Shown: positions 39,636 to 52,285, counted from the whole stretch's first letter. The stretch is 63,454 bases of DNA, filler included, from Octopus bimaculoides (GCF_001194135.2; 9 parts of 8 records of this genome joined end to end with filler, not necessarily neighbours in it); one strand, 5' to 3'. Program-made: numbers and translations. The notes: generated from the letters alone by a model not told the origin.

Positions 39636-42600
39636 TAGAAGCTCTCTAGTTGGTTCGTTGCCCTGAACGTAATCTCTAGTTATGCCCAAGCAATTCTATA
39701 GATACTGAGACTAACAACTTTAATTAATTTAAATATTTCTAAACGAAAGTACTGATACATGATCAGCACTCATTACGTCTTTACTATTGTTTCATCAACC
39801 TGATTCTTTTTTACTCTGTTCATATCAAAAGACGTTTAAATAAACAAATGAACGATTTTATAAGAAAGGCTCAGTTCGGTTGCCCACCTCCTCTACTTGC
39901 ACGCTAAAATCATTTAAAAGGTGACACATTAGATGGTATAGTTCTAGAAATCTTCAAATAGCTTGTAACTGTAATGTTTTTCAAAGTAAGTCATCCTTCC
40001 AGTCAGGGCTAACGCAGGGCAAAGCAACAACACCATCAACAATTACAATAAGTAAACAGATTCAATACTACTCACTCTTTAATGAATGGAAACCGACCTT
40101 CATTCCAAAAATTTATAGACACTGGTTTACCGTTAATCCACTGCCATTCGTAGGCACTTTTGTCTTCCTAGAATATAAAATATGGTAAGAGAAATAACAC
40201 TGATGAAACACATGTCTAAACAATAAAATAGATAACAAAAATCTAAATGATATTGTAATATTTTTAAAATCGTTTTCAATGAAATTGGGTTGCGCACGTT
40301 CATAGGATGTATGATAACAGGTGGATGAAAAAGCTGACAAACTAGATTCAGGAGGAATTGGATGAAATGGATAGATTTCACAAAGATTGAAGATTGGAGT
40401 CCTCAAACCGAAAGGAATAGAGAAATTAAATACTGATACTCAAGAGTAGGTAAAACACAAGTTGATTTCTTTTTTACTGGTTATTTACAGTAGGAAGGAG
40501 AGCGCTCATAACATCTTATTATTCAGGCCTTCGAAATTGGTGGAAAGAAGAGAAGTTATTCTCAAACCAGGGGCCAGGATAGAAATCTTGCAATATCGTG
40601 ATCTCTACAAGAAACTATGGACTTGGACTTGGCGGTGGTGTTTAACTGGATGATGGAAGAAGTCTAGCACCCAACGAGTTATAACTCAAAGGGCTGAAAC
40701 AAATTTTACAATCCATCCTTTCTAACACCCTAACAATTAAACTGACATAAATTCATAATCCCAATCCGTCTTCATATCTAACGCCATCACTTGGTCCTTG
40801 GGTGGCTTTAGCGGAAAACACTCTATTGTAAGCATTTCGACCAAACCTCTCGGGTACTTCATCTCTTCTTCCCAACAGTCCTGGAGGTCGTGCAAAAATG
40901 TTATAGATGTTGCCTTTCCTCCTCTGAATAAGTCATGAAAAAAAAATTCCATTTTAATTTTGGGACAGGAGAGTTAATTTTACATTGCTACGATTCATCT
41001 ATCTGGAGAACAAACAGAATGCATATCTAGAGAAGGCTACCTGCAATAGTTTAGTGATTGAAACAATGAATGCGCAACAGCTTGAAATTTGAGTCGATGT
41101 TCGGTATAAATCCTCGTTTGTGACACAAGTTAACATACATCACTAAGCTATATCTCACTAAATCTGCACGAGCTAGCGAGTGAGTATTTATGTAGTCGAT
41201 CGAATCGCTAGAAATAGCAGCCAAATTTCTATCAAATTACGCCATATTGTCATATAAAAAGAAATATATAATGAATAATGTAGTCTCAGATTTACTGTTT
41301 CTGAAGAAAGACAGGAATAGTCATATCTGTAACGCCTTCGATCATAGATCCACTCCACAAGCACTTATGTGGGACAAAGCAACAACTCTTAATCCTCACT
41401 TTGGATTCTGTTAAGTATGTCTTTCACAAAGCACAAAGACCCAGCATTTTAAATGAGATCTTGTGGCGTAAGTAAAGTGAAATGGCTCCAAACGATGATT
41501 GAAACTGTTACACTGATGTGTAGCGATTTTAACTCACTGTCGGTGTAACAATTGCTCCACATTGATCAACATCAATAATGATTGCTCTCTAATATTGGCA
41601 AAATGGCAAAATACCCCATCGAGTTATTTTTTAGTACTTACTTTATCGATTTTGCAATGATGAAATAAACAAAATTGATCTTGGTGAAACTTATTTATTT
41701 AATTTTGATCGCATTTTCTCCTTTTTTTGTGAAAAGTTGTTGATTATAAGTGTCTAGTGGGGACCAATCGCTGGTTCACTGTATTTCTATTAACGAGAAT
41801 GACAAAGGAGTATCTGAGAGTGTCTGCATAACACTGCATAGTATTTTATTTCAATGGCACCGGTTTATCGGTTTTCATGTCGGTATAGCCGACTAAACAC
41901 ATACATACGTACTCGCATGCGTACATGCATGCTTCATACATACATTCATCAATTAAGCTGTTTGTAAAAGGACGTAATTATAATGCCACAAGACATTTTG
42001 TCCCACGGCCTACCAATTTTGGCATCCATCAAATTCACATCATGAACAATTATTATTTTCAAATCTATATTAAGACATGCAACAATGTCCAAACGGCATG
42101 TTGCCCACTCACAGTAACTTAATTATACCTTCAGCAGATTTGCACACTGCATAGAAGTTGAAATGTCTAATTAAACAATTGAATAAAACGGCTAATTAAT
42201 TAATTAACTTCTCACTCATATATGTAATGAGTGTCAGCAAGTCGGGAAATTTTACAATATTTCACTTGTCATCATCATTTGACTTGGTTACTAATAGCTT
42301 CAACGAAACTCAAGCGACGCCTTCGGAAAATAGAATTAAGTTGATTCAGGTGCCGAATGGTCGCCAATTCTTTTCTTATTGCTGATACAGCATTGTGTTA
42401 AAAGCCAAAACATTTTGCTGTTGTTGTTTAACTCAGATCTGACCTAATAGAGTTGATCTATTATTAAAGACCTTCCACCAGTCTTGACCGTTTTGGAGTA
42501 CTTATAGTTTAATGTGTTCTTTTTAGAGTGAGAAGGACGTATTTTTGAGCAAATTTGACAGCTATTCCCAGAAGGTTTTGCAACAGTGTTGAGGTTCCTT

Positions 42601-43600
42601 CATTCGGCTCGAATTCAAACACATAATCATCGTTAATTCTGACTACACATTTATAAGAATAAAAACAAATATAAAAACAAAATACATACTCTAATATTAG
42701 AAACACTTTTCATAGCTGCAAGAAGTGAGAGTGCTACTCAATTGACTTCTTTTGATTATCACAAAGTCAGTTTGTGGAGTTCAAAAGTGTGAATTTTATT
42801 GAATCGTTTTCAGTATATAGCCTAAGGACAGAAAGATAAAGTGAATTCTAAATGAAACCCAAGTTGAGCTAAGGTGGGATTTGAGCGCTGAGGGACAAAA
42901 CCAAATATATCAAGGCGTTGCATTGATCTGCCTCGTAATGTCGAGTTCTACTTTTCCTTGGGATATGGAGGAGAAGGCAACGTGAAGCCACATTAGTTAG
43001 TCTCACGTCAGCCGGTGCTTTATCTCATATCCAACACATGACACACAATTATCTACTTATCAGGTGGGATTATTTTATGATATTAAAAGATTTCACAACA
43101 ATAGTAAATATTTCTATTATCTGTTAAATTGGAAAATAAATAAAAGCAACATATTATAAATTTCTGGTGCTCAAAGCATCACTGAATGACGTTTACAAAA
43201 TCTTCATCATGAAGAAGAAGAAGAAGAAGAAGAAGAAGAAAAATTATTTTAATCAAACAGGGGCTAATTTTGAATGGTGGTAAATATATCATTCGCTACT
43301 CTGTCCCAAGCAGCTGCTGTCATTTTTTTTTTCTTACAGATATTTGCGTGGACTAGTTCCCTCTATATTAAATTCTTATAGAAATTACTATAGAAGGTGA
43401 GAACTTATATAGTGAAATTATATTGCACCTTGGCACCCCACTAATAATACAATACCCAACTCACACGGTAATCTCGGCAAAGATATTTTTCTTTTTTTGA
43501 AATATAGATATTGTACTTGGATTAAATATTTCTAAGTTATATTACGACTTCACTAAACAACTAGCGTCTCCATAATGCTCTCATGTTATTTACTGCCCTT

Positions 43601-43819
43601 AAAGCGGCGAGTTAGCAAAATCGTTAACACGCGGGGCAAAATGCTTAGCAGCATATCCTCTTGTTTTTAAGTTCTAGGTTCAAATTCCGCCGAGGTCGAC
43701 TATGCCTTTCATCCTTTCACGAGTCGATAGAACAAATACCAGTTGAATACTGAGATCAATGTAATCGACTTCCTTCCTTCCCCGAAATTGCTGGCCTTGA
43801 GCCAACATTTGAAACCGAT
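43601..43819 (+). mobile_element. SINE family A copy with target-site duplication
   Basis: Flanked by ATTTACTGCCCTT (43588-43600) and ATTTACTGTCCTT (43820-43832). Confidence 0.85.
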
Positions 43820-43884
43820 ATTTACTGTCCTTTTGAGTTCACACTGTCTCCAGTGTACTGCTACCTAAGTTAAGAACTACTGAA

Positions 43885-43975
43885 ATAGAAGTCCAATCTA
43901 CATTACGTATTTTGAGATATTTCATAGCTGGCCGTTAACGTAAAACTCGACTGTACAATTTTGAATTCTGAGAAA
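43885..43975 (-). pseudogene. Decayed duplicate of the C-type-lectin-like exon
   Basis: GAGTTTTACGTTAACGGCCAGCTATGAAATATCTCAAA...GATTGGACTT aligns with the 44091-44217 exon but has frameshifts. Confidence 0.6.
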
Positions 43976-44090
43976 AATCATGATCGCTCTAAATACCTAG
44001 CACTCCCATAGCGCTCTCTTGACATTTGCAACTCCTTGTGAGCTCAAAAACCCCAGCTTTCAGAACCACTATAATAAATTAATTTCTTAC

Positions 44091-44217
44091 GTCTTCTATA
44101 TAGCGAAGTCCAATCCACACTGACTTGAGATACTTCATAGCTTGGTCATTGACGTAAAACTGCTCCGTGCGATCTTCAATTGCTATCAGTTCACTGTCTT
44201 CCATTTCACAAGTAAAT
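44091..44217 (-). CDS. C-type lectin domain-like exon (orphan)
   Basis: Acceptor tttaaacgttAG and donor GAC|GTAAGA, 127 nt (1+126), open frame. Encodes FTCEMEDSELIAIEDRTEQFYVNDQAMKYLKSVWIGLRYIED, matching the CTLD pattern C...xLxxIxxxxEQxxV...VWIGL. Confidence 0.65.
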
Positions 44218-44699
44218 CTAACGTTTAAATAAATACATAGAAAAAAATTATTATTCACAAATAAATAAAATACGTTTAATCATGATGTCTGTTACAGACT
44301 TAAAGTATTACAGTTCAGGCAAAGTTGAAATAAAGTTACAATAATTGCAGTTGTGGTTCATGTTTAGCCCCAGGTCAACAAAAGATGAGCAGGCCTATGA
44401 TCGAAGATGCTCCGGTGATGACCATATCAACTTTTTATACATCTAAGACTTCATTGTCCAATGTATTCTTCCTTTTTAAAGAGAGTCGTGTGTGATAAGA
44501 GGGTCATATAGCGGCTAGTTTTAGAAGGTCGAATGACCCCATAGAAGACCCCCTACCACCTCCACCTCAACTCCTTTAGGTTTGTTTTTACACTTTATCG
44601 ATCTCTTTCAGTCGTTTCTTACATATACAAGATTATTGCTTTGTAGACGGGTTGTCTTTTGAATCGACAAGAATATTGATTTACTATTTTATAAAACAG

Positions 44700-45125
44700 A
44701 AGTAGACCTCTACTCAGTCAATCGACTTGCTAGAAATAGCAGACAAATTTCTCTCAAAATCACACGTTGCCGTCTTTAAAACGGGAAGGACGTGTTACAT
44801 ATATAGTTTAAATGTTAATAAAATACTCGATGATCACGACTGCAATGCCTTCCATTATAAGTCTGATCAATCAGGATAGACATTATGCGCAGTACCAACA
44901 ACAATAAAACCTCGGTAAAGAGAGAGAGACAGTCTCTGCGCGATTGCTCTTCCCATTATACCCTATCGTCTAAAATTGAAAAGACATTGGATAAGTGCAG
45001 TTCGCGTTATGCAGTGTGTAAATAAGAATAAATAAAATAATGATAATGAGAGTAGTCATGGCTGGAAAGCCTTTGACAATCGGTCTGATCGATCAGGATG
45101 GACTTGCAATTAATCATCATCAACA
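44700..45125 (+). mobile_element. Two copies of interspersed repeat family F
   Basis: CTTGCTAGAAATAGCAG...CCGTCTT...CCTTTGAxxATxGGTCTG...GATCAGG core, also at ~4430, ~7300, ~41190, ~45340 and ~54610. Confidence 0.7.
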
Positions 45126-45636
45126 ATAATTCGAATGGATAAATAGTAAAAATTATTACCTGTAGGATTTGAACTCAAAATCAAGTGGGAGGAAACTTAT
45201 AACAGTAATAAATTAATGGCAACATACAAAGCCAGCACTAAATAATTTATTAATCAGTGAGAGAATTTATAGAATTTTAATATTTTTAAGGGAACAGTCG
45301 AAAGAACAACTCCAGTACGATTCAGTAAGCAACAACGTACTCGCTCACCTGCTGGAAATAGTAGCCAGAAATTACTTTAAATACAATCTAGTGTCTTAAA
45401 AAATATGAAAACATAATGATCAAATATAGAAAAATATGAGATAGTTACAGTTACAACGACTTTGATCACACAAAGATGCAGATCTATAACCAAAGGAGAA
45501 CAACAACTACATTATAAGGGATGAGGGGACACGGGAGTCACACGCAGTCAACCAATCCGCAAGAAATAGTAACATCGTAACTGTGTGGTAAGAAACCTGA
45601 TTCCCAACAACATGGTTCTGGATTTAGTCCCACTGC

Positions 45637-45678
<42 letters not shown>

Positions 45679-45780
45679 GTAGTGAAACTACCTACCCCCA
45701 TTAGATACAAAACTACTATCGCCATTCTTCTCAGTTACATATAAACAAACGCGAACGTAGGGGAAAACACCAGCCTTGTC

Positions 45781-45880
45781 ATCACGTGACTGATTATTAT
45801 TTGAAGCGGCAAATTCTTCGAACCTTTCCCGCCAGAACGCAAACTGACCAATCACAGCCCTTAATAAGGTCACGTGATGG
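45781..45880. promoter_or_regulatory. Candidate core or bidirectional promoter motif cluster
   Basis: ATCACGTGAC (45781-45790), TTTCCCGCC (45825-45833, E2F-like), GACCAATCA (~45846-45854, NF-Y/CCAAT) and GTCACGTGAT (45869-45878), in a locally CpG-rich tract. Confidence 0.55.
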
Positions 45881-48800
45881 TGTATATTTCTGATGTCTGG
45901 TGAGCCCCCTTAACGCCTTAAATAGATCAACTCATANNNNNNNNNNNNNNNNNNNNNNNNNNNNNNNNNNNNNNNNNNNNTTAATTAATTAANNNNNNNN
46001 NNNNNNNNNNNNNNNNNNNNNNNNNNNNNNNNNNNNTGTATATATATATATATATATATATACGAATACAGCCTTGTACTCCAAAGAACACGAGATAGTT
46101 GCCATGGGGAAATATTTGACAGGGGAAACTACTTTTCGCTAAACACCGATGAATGGTCTTAACATTAAGCTTCTAACAAAGAGAGTGAGAGAAGAAACTT
46201 ACACTGCTCTCTCTCTCTCTCTCTTTTTTTTTTCACATTATTAATCTTATTTATTTATTTATTTCCAAAGCTCAATGTGAACTTTTCTCATCGGAAGGGT
46301 CACCTACCTGTTGTTTGCTAATTAATTCCTCACACACTGTTGCCATTTGTGTTTATATATTTTTCTATGTATGTGTATATATATATATACATTTATATAT
46401 CGATAACGTTATATCAGTGCTCTTTTAAACACTCCCTTTGAATTCGTCTATGTCGATGTCTCGTCGAAGACCAGCGACACTTGGTCCCCTTATTCTGGAA
46501 ATAACCCAAGACAGTTCATGACATGTTTTCACCACTGACTGCATTAGTTCATTATTGAACTGCTATACTCACATTTTTACCTGTGTGTCGTCTCCGGGTA
46601 TGTTTTTTTTTTCCTCCTCCTTCATCATTTCTTGTGTGCATGCATACACAAATACACAAACTAGCTCTACATAAACATACATAATCTGTCACACACACAA
46701 TCACATATACACATGCATTCATATTTATACACACACACACGTATGTATGTATATATATATATAAGTTAGATGACACGGTTTTCATTTATTTTGTTTATAT
46801 ATTTATTGATTAGTCTTATAAAGTAGGAAGGGCAGAGCCGTTGGGTCCCCNNNNNNNNNNNNNNNNNNNNNNNNNNNNNNNNNNNNNNNNNNNNNNNNNN
46901 NNNNNNNNNNNNNNNNNNNNNNNNNNNNNNNNNNNNNNNNNNNNNNNNNNNNNNNNNNNNNNNNNNNNNNNNNNNNNNNNNNNNNNNNNNNNNNNNNNNN
47001 NNNNNNNNNNNNNNNNNNNNNNNNNNNNNNNNNNNNNNNNNNNNNGCCAAATACTTTGTAGTCTTCTTCTAAAATAAAACTAAGTTCTGTTACTATTTCA
47101 AAACGGATAAAAGAAATGAAAAATTCTTGTCAACGTGCAAGTGACCCTTTAAGATTATTATTATTTTAGTTCTGATGTTCCCGTTTGGAGAGAAAAATCT
47201 TCGCATGTTTGGGAAATGAAGAAAGGATATTCGCCGATCGTAGGGATGACCTTGTTGCTTGAGTTAACTGTGTTGTCTCGGTGGACAAATCACTTCACGG
47301 AGAAACGGACAGCACCGTAGTAGACAGGATCCTTTTTTAATGTCTCGTCCTCTCCCCCCACCTGCTTCCACCGTCTCTTTTCCTATTCCGTTCATCTTCT
47401 GCTGACATGCACAAAAACCGTTCCGAGACGAAGGGCGTATGACATGTTTTAGAGGTGAAACAACTGGTAACATAAACTAAATTCAGATATATTCATATTT
47501 GGAGTTTAAATGGAAGCAAGTGGTGGTGGTAGTGGAGGGGACTGTGTTTTATATATATTTTAATCTTGTAAATAGGCGACAGAGATAAGATTAAGGTCGT
47601 TAGCAAAATATATTAACCTGATTAGAACCGAAGCTAAAAATCGACGGGATTTATATAACCGGTGAAAACCCCCCCATGTGCGTATGCATGTGAGTGAATG
47701 TTTGTCAGGGAGATTATGAACCGCTATCTTTTAGCATAAATCCTCAGGTAATTACTTAATTTTTTGCTCTGATGTCCTTGAGAAAAGGTATTGAATCCGC
47801 TATTTTTACCCTCTTACAGCTGAGACATTAACTTTAAATTCGATTCGTTTTGCCCTTGTTACTTAGCCATTTTGACGGAATCGCTTCAATTCGTCAATTG
47901 TATAAATTATTAGCCATTTGGAGTGCTTGTGGTGACAGTGGAGGTGATGGTGATTGTGGTAGATCAGGCGGTATATAACATCGTGACATCTATGAAACAC
48001 AGAAAAATCATGTTTTCTCTCGATGCATTTAACAACGTCGAACAAATTGCTGAATCAGACAATATTTCATATAAATATAAACTAATAGCGATCTTAACAT
48101 ATTTGTCGGTTGTTTTATAGCTTTTGATCGAGACAGAATTTTAAAGAATTATTATTATTATTTTTTTTTTGTCTTCGAAAAGTTGCCGAAATGCGATGAG
48201 AGGAATAAAGGTAAAAAGTACGTGTTCGATAACTGATTAGATGCGGTATGAATTAGCACCATCACCTCGTAGTTATCGGAGTTCAAATCATTTCTAAACA
48301 CGTTGTTTGCCTGAGGGTGACACAGTTCTGTGTTCTTCATTTCACACAGCTGTCAGGAAAGAATATTGTTATTTGCGTGTCCTATCCTCGGAAAGATCTA
48401 TGTCAGTGGGTGCTAAGCTCAATTCAACGTCCAGTTTTTACCACATTGAGTACCTTTAGCAGGGTCTGAGGAATAACACCCTCACTGTCTCCCACTTTTC
48501 TCGGACTCTCTGAAAAAGATCGTGCGCGTTACCTTTCCATGTCTGATAAGGCCATAAAAAAAAGTTAGTTAGGCATCAGCCCTTGGGTCTCTAGAAGAAA
48601 TTGGCATAAAAAAAATTATATATTTACATCAGTTTAATATTTCTTCCCAGAACTTTTGATAACTAGCTGCCAAGGTAGACTTTGATTCTGTGGAACAAAA
48701 TCGTCGGATTATGTTTTTAAAGTGTTCACATTTAAATTAAAACCAGCCATTATAAGTTTATGTAAAAACCTTTCGTGTACAAAAATACCAACCTAATAAC

Positions 48801-49059
48801 GATAAAGTTTTTATTTATTTGTTAGTCGCAGCTACACCCATTCACCCTTCTATAATATTGGGTCGCCAAGTATTTTCTCTCTAGTAAGGTACCTGCATTT
48901 GTACCTCTGTCATACTTTAACCTCTCAATACCCGACATAATGCTACTACCCCATCTCAAATATTGTTTAGTCATGGGGAAACAACTTCTCCTGCTCCTTT
49001 TTCTGTTTTGCAAATAACTTGGTAACTTTGCTAGTACCATTTGCATTTGCGCAAAAAAG

Positions 49060-49425
49060 GGCATCCACTATACACTCTTCAGTGGTTGGCATTAGAAAGG
49101 GCATCCGGCCATAGAAACCATACCAATGCTGACATTGGAGCTTAGCACAGTCCTATAGCTTGCTGGATCCTGTCAGACTGTCCAAACCATTCCAGTATGG
49201 AAAATGGACAATAAATGAATATGAAGATTATTATTATTATTGTGCCAGTGGCACGTAAAAAGCACCCACTACACTCTCGGAGTGGTTGGCGTTAGGAAGG
49301 GCATCCAGCTGTAGAAACTCTGCCAAATCAGATTGGAGCCTGGTGCAGCCATCTGGTTCACCAGTCCCCAGTCAAATCGTCCAACCCATGCTAGCATGGA
49401 AAGCGGATGTTAAATGATGATGATC
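49060..49425 (+). mobile_element. Two tandem copies of repeat family E (RTE-like 3' UTR or SINE tail)
   Basis: CACTACACTCTxxGAGTGGTTGGCxTTAGxAAGGGCATCCxGC...CCATxCxAGxATGGAAAxxGGAC occurs twice, ending in (GAT)n or (ATT)n. Confidence 0.7.
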
Positions 49426-49789
49426 ATGATTCAAGCCGAGTCAGAAATAAGAGGGCAGTGTTTATGACTCTTTTCCTTTTCAGGGCCTCTGAAACAGTTA
49501 AGGTTATTATCTTCATCTTCACCCTGTCTATCATATAGGTGTGCTTGTCTGTACAGGTGTGTTGAGATGCATCTCTCTCTATAATAAAAAGTAACTTACC
49601 CATTCAATAAAATAAGCACACTAAATTGAAATACATAGCAGGGTCAGGTGGTGCCCCAGCATGACCACAGTCCAGTCCAATAAGTGAAAGGATGAAAACT
49701 ATACTTGGACTGAAGGGCTGGCCTGAACACTTGAAACTGCTAAAGGTTCACAAGGGTCAGGTACTGGTGTTAAACTAAGCAATAGCAAT

Positions 49790-50420
49790 GTCTGCTATCC
49801 AAGCCCTCCATTGGGCTTCCACATAGTTTTCTTTCTACTAATGGCAGTGTGAGGAGTCAAGTGGCCAGATGTTAGGGGTGATGTGCTCGCAGAAATTGTC
49901 TGACAGATCCATGACTGGGTTCTCCTGCTTGTGTGGCATGGTGCAGAATCCTGTTGCCAGACATAGGGTCTTTCAGCACCCACCCTTTTGACCCAGGGCA
50001 GCACTACCTCCTCCAGACACTTGATGTAAACCTCTGTGTTGAGTCTGAGGCCATGTGGAAAAATGAATGGAGGCATAACATTGCTATCACTAGTGATCAC
50101 TCCAAACACCATGATGTTGACTGGATGTTTGATGTTTATCACTCTCGGTACATGTTTTGGAGACACAGCAAGCCAATGGTTGTTTTGTGTGTTCACCATC
50201 TGATCCTGGCAGAAATTTTTCTTGTCTGAGAAAAACCAAAACATGTTCAGTTGGAGGGGATGTTTGAGTTTGTTCAAAAGCTTCATAGCACGGTCTTTCA
50301 TCTTGTCCTTGATGGCTTGGGATAAAAATTGGCCCTTTTTCATCTTGTATGAGGAATACTGAAGGTACACGTGTCTGTGGAGTACTCAGCTACTTGCATG
50401 TTAATTTCACGAGCAGGCTG
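49790..50420 (-). mobile_element. maT/DD37D-like Tc1-mariner transposase fragment
   Basis: ORF 49795-50370 contains WFFSDKKNFCQDQMVN, VMVFG-like NIMVFGVITSDSNVMPPFIF, and YVWQQDSAPCHTS. Confidence 0.88.
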
Positions 50421-50590
50421 TTCTGTTGATCAGATTAACTAGAACCCTCATCGTCGTAACTGATGGAGTACCAGAAGTGCATGCACATTCTAGAATTCTT
50501 TAATGTTTTGTAGAAGTGCTCTCTCAGATGGAGTAGTACCTCATTGTGTATCTCATGTGACATGTGATAATTTATGCTATTAAACAATTT

Positions 50591-51206
50591 GGATCTTTTT
50601 TAAAACGGGGGCCACATTTTTCATTAATGTTTTACGTAGTGTTTTTGGTACCGAAAGACTTTCAAACTTCGTATACTTATCTATTTTGTGTTATAGAACA
50701 GAAAAAGATTTTTGTATCCGAATTTATTTCATGTAAAAAATTGTCTTATTTCGATAATTTCAACCAATCACTGACAAGTATTCAGTTGTTTACATTTACT
50801 CCTTTGGCTCATTAAACGATGTAAAGCGTATTTAATCTCCATACCTTCGTTTTATTTGCTTTTTTCATTTTAAATTTGCTTTAATCCTAACCCTAACTCT
50901 AACCCTAACCCTAACCCTAGGGTTAGGGTTAGAGTTAGGGTTAGGGTTAGAGTTAGGGTTAGGGTTAATTGTTTCAGAATCGTTTGTTTATGTAGTCGGC
51001 ACTTAATGTATATCGGCTGAATGGACGTCAGTGATTGGTTGAAATTACAGAAATACGACAACTTTAACATGGAATAATTTATGGATTTCTTTTTTTTTTA
51101 AGAAGACTAAGAGAAAAAGATGTTTTATATGACACCTTCTACCAGTGTTCCAAGTTTCAAAGTGTTTCGTTAATGAAAAATGTGGCCCCCGTTTTAAAAA
51201 AGATCC
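50591..51206. mobile_element. 616-bp foldback/MITE-like element with 37-bp perfect TIRs and a central telomere-repeat palindrome
   Basis: GGATCTTTTTTAAAACGGGGGCCACATTTTTCATTAA at 50591 and its exact reverse complement ending at 51206. Inner inverted blocks TTTCAACCAATCACTGAC / GTCAGTGATTGGTTGAAA. Confidence 0.85.
50885..50967. repeat. (CCCTAA)n-(TTAGGG)n inverted telomere-like repeat
   Basis: About 5 CCCTAA units abut about 7 TTAGGG/TTAGAG units around the centre CCCTAGGG (50915-50922). Confidence 0.9.
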
Positions 51207-51699
51207 TCAATTTGTCTAGTTTAATGCTATTGTTATAAACAATATACGTACAGTGTCTGGCAGAATCAGTAGAGCATCAATCATAGTGTCTTGCAGTGTA
51301 ATTCATTTACCCATGTTCTTCTTCCATTCCAAGTTCAAACCCTTTCCAGATTGCATTTGCTTTTCATTCTTTGAGGTAAAAAAAAAAAATAAGCATTGGT
51401 CAAGTACTGATGATGATGATGACCACTGTCCAATGGCTGAAGGCAATGAAAGAATCACTCATAAATCTACAATACTTGCACACACACATGCATCGATCCA
51501 TCCATCTATATATCTAATTGTCTATCTAATCCTGAACACACACATCCCTCTATACACTCTGTTAGCAGGAATTTCGATGGCTTCATTGAATGTTCTACAT
51601 CCAGTTACATTTGGAAATGTTTGTTGTAAAATTATGAGATGAAATAAACATTAGAGGTGATTTGTCTCATACAGTTAACTGCAGGTATTGCAAGCTCCT

Positions 51700-52005
51700 T
51701 TTCTGAATCCATCGCAATCCTTGGGGGTCACAAGCATTTTGTCCCTTAGCCTGTATGCTTAACCTGAATGGGGCACAAGGACTCGATCTTCACCTGAAGG
51801 GTCCCGTCTGTGGGCTCTTGTCAATCACAGCCCCCCTCAAGCTGCCATGCTTATCTCTTTGGTGGCTTTCTTTGGGTTCCAGACCAATCTTTTGCAGGAA
51901 ATAACACACCAATCTAGCTGGAAAGCCATGACAGCTGACTTCAATAACGAATGAGATTGTGTGCCATTCCTTGGCAAGTGCCTCATCCGCCAACTGTTTT
52001 GAATA
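51700..52005 (-). mobile_element. R2-superfamily (Hero/NeSL-like) LINE 3' end, restriction-like endonuclease tail
   Basis: LADEALAKEWHTISFVIEVSCHGFPARLVCYFLQKIGL resembles the RLE C-terminal 'GW...PxEVGCRGF' motif. Confidence 0.6.
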
Positions 52006-52074
52006 TTTGTTAGTTTTGACTGATGTAAATAGTGTAAAACATATGACAGATATAGATATGGTTGTATAATTTTT

Positions 52075-52285
52075 TACTTATGTTTCTTATTTCTTTACTG
52101 CCCACAAGGGGCTACACAGAGAGGGGACAAACAAATTAAGTTAATTATATCGACTCCAGTGCATAACTGGTACTTATTTAATCAACCCCGAAAGGATGAA
52201 AGGCAAAGTCGACCTCGGCGGAATTTGAACTCAGAACGTAGCAGCAGACGAAATACAGCTAACGTTTCTGCCAGCTCGCTCGCCT
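52075..52285 (-). mobile_element. SINE family A copy
   Basis: CCCCGAAAGGATGAAAGGCAAAGTCGACCTCGGCGGAATTTGAACTCAGAACGT...CTGCCAGCTCGC. Confidence 0.85.

Noticed and set aside
40560-40960. ORF 40737-40952 containing DWDY as a GH18 DxDxE exon
   Set aside because: The context does not match FDGxDxDWEYP, there is no catalytic Glu, and no suitable splice sites were found.
50885-50967. Relic of a chromosome end-to-end fusion
   Set aside because: The orientation is CCCTAA then TTAGGG (fusions give the reverse), it is very short, and it sits inside a TIR-bounded element.
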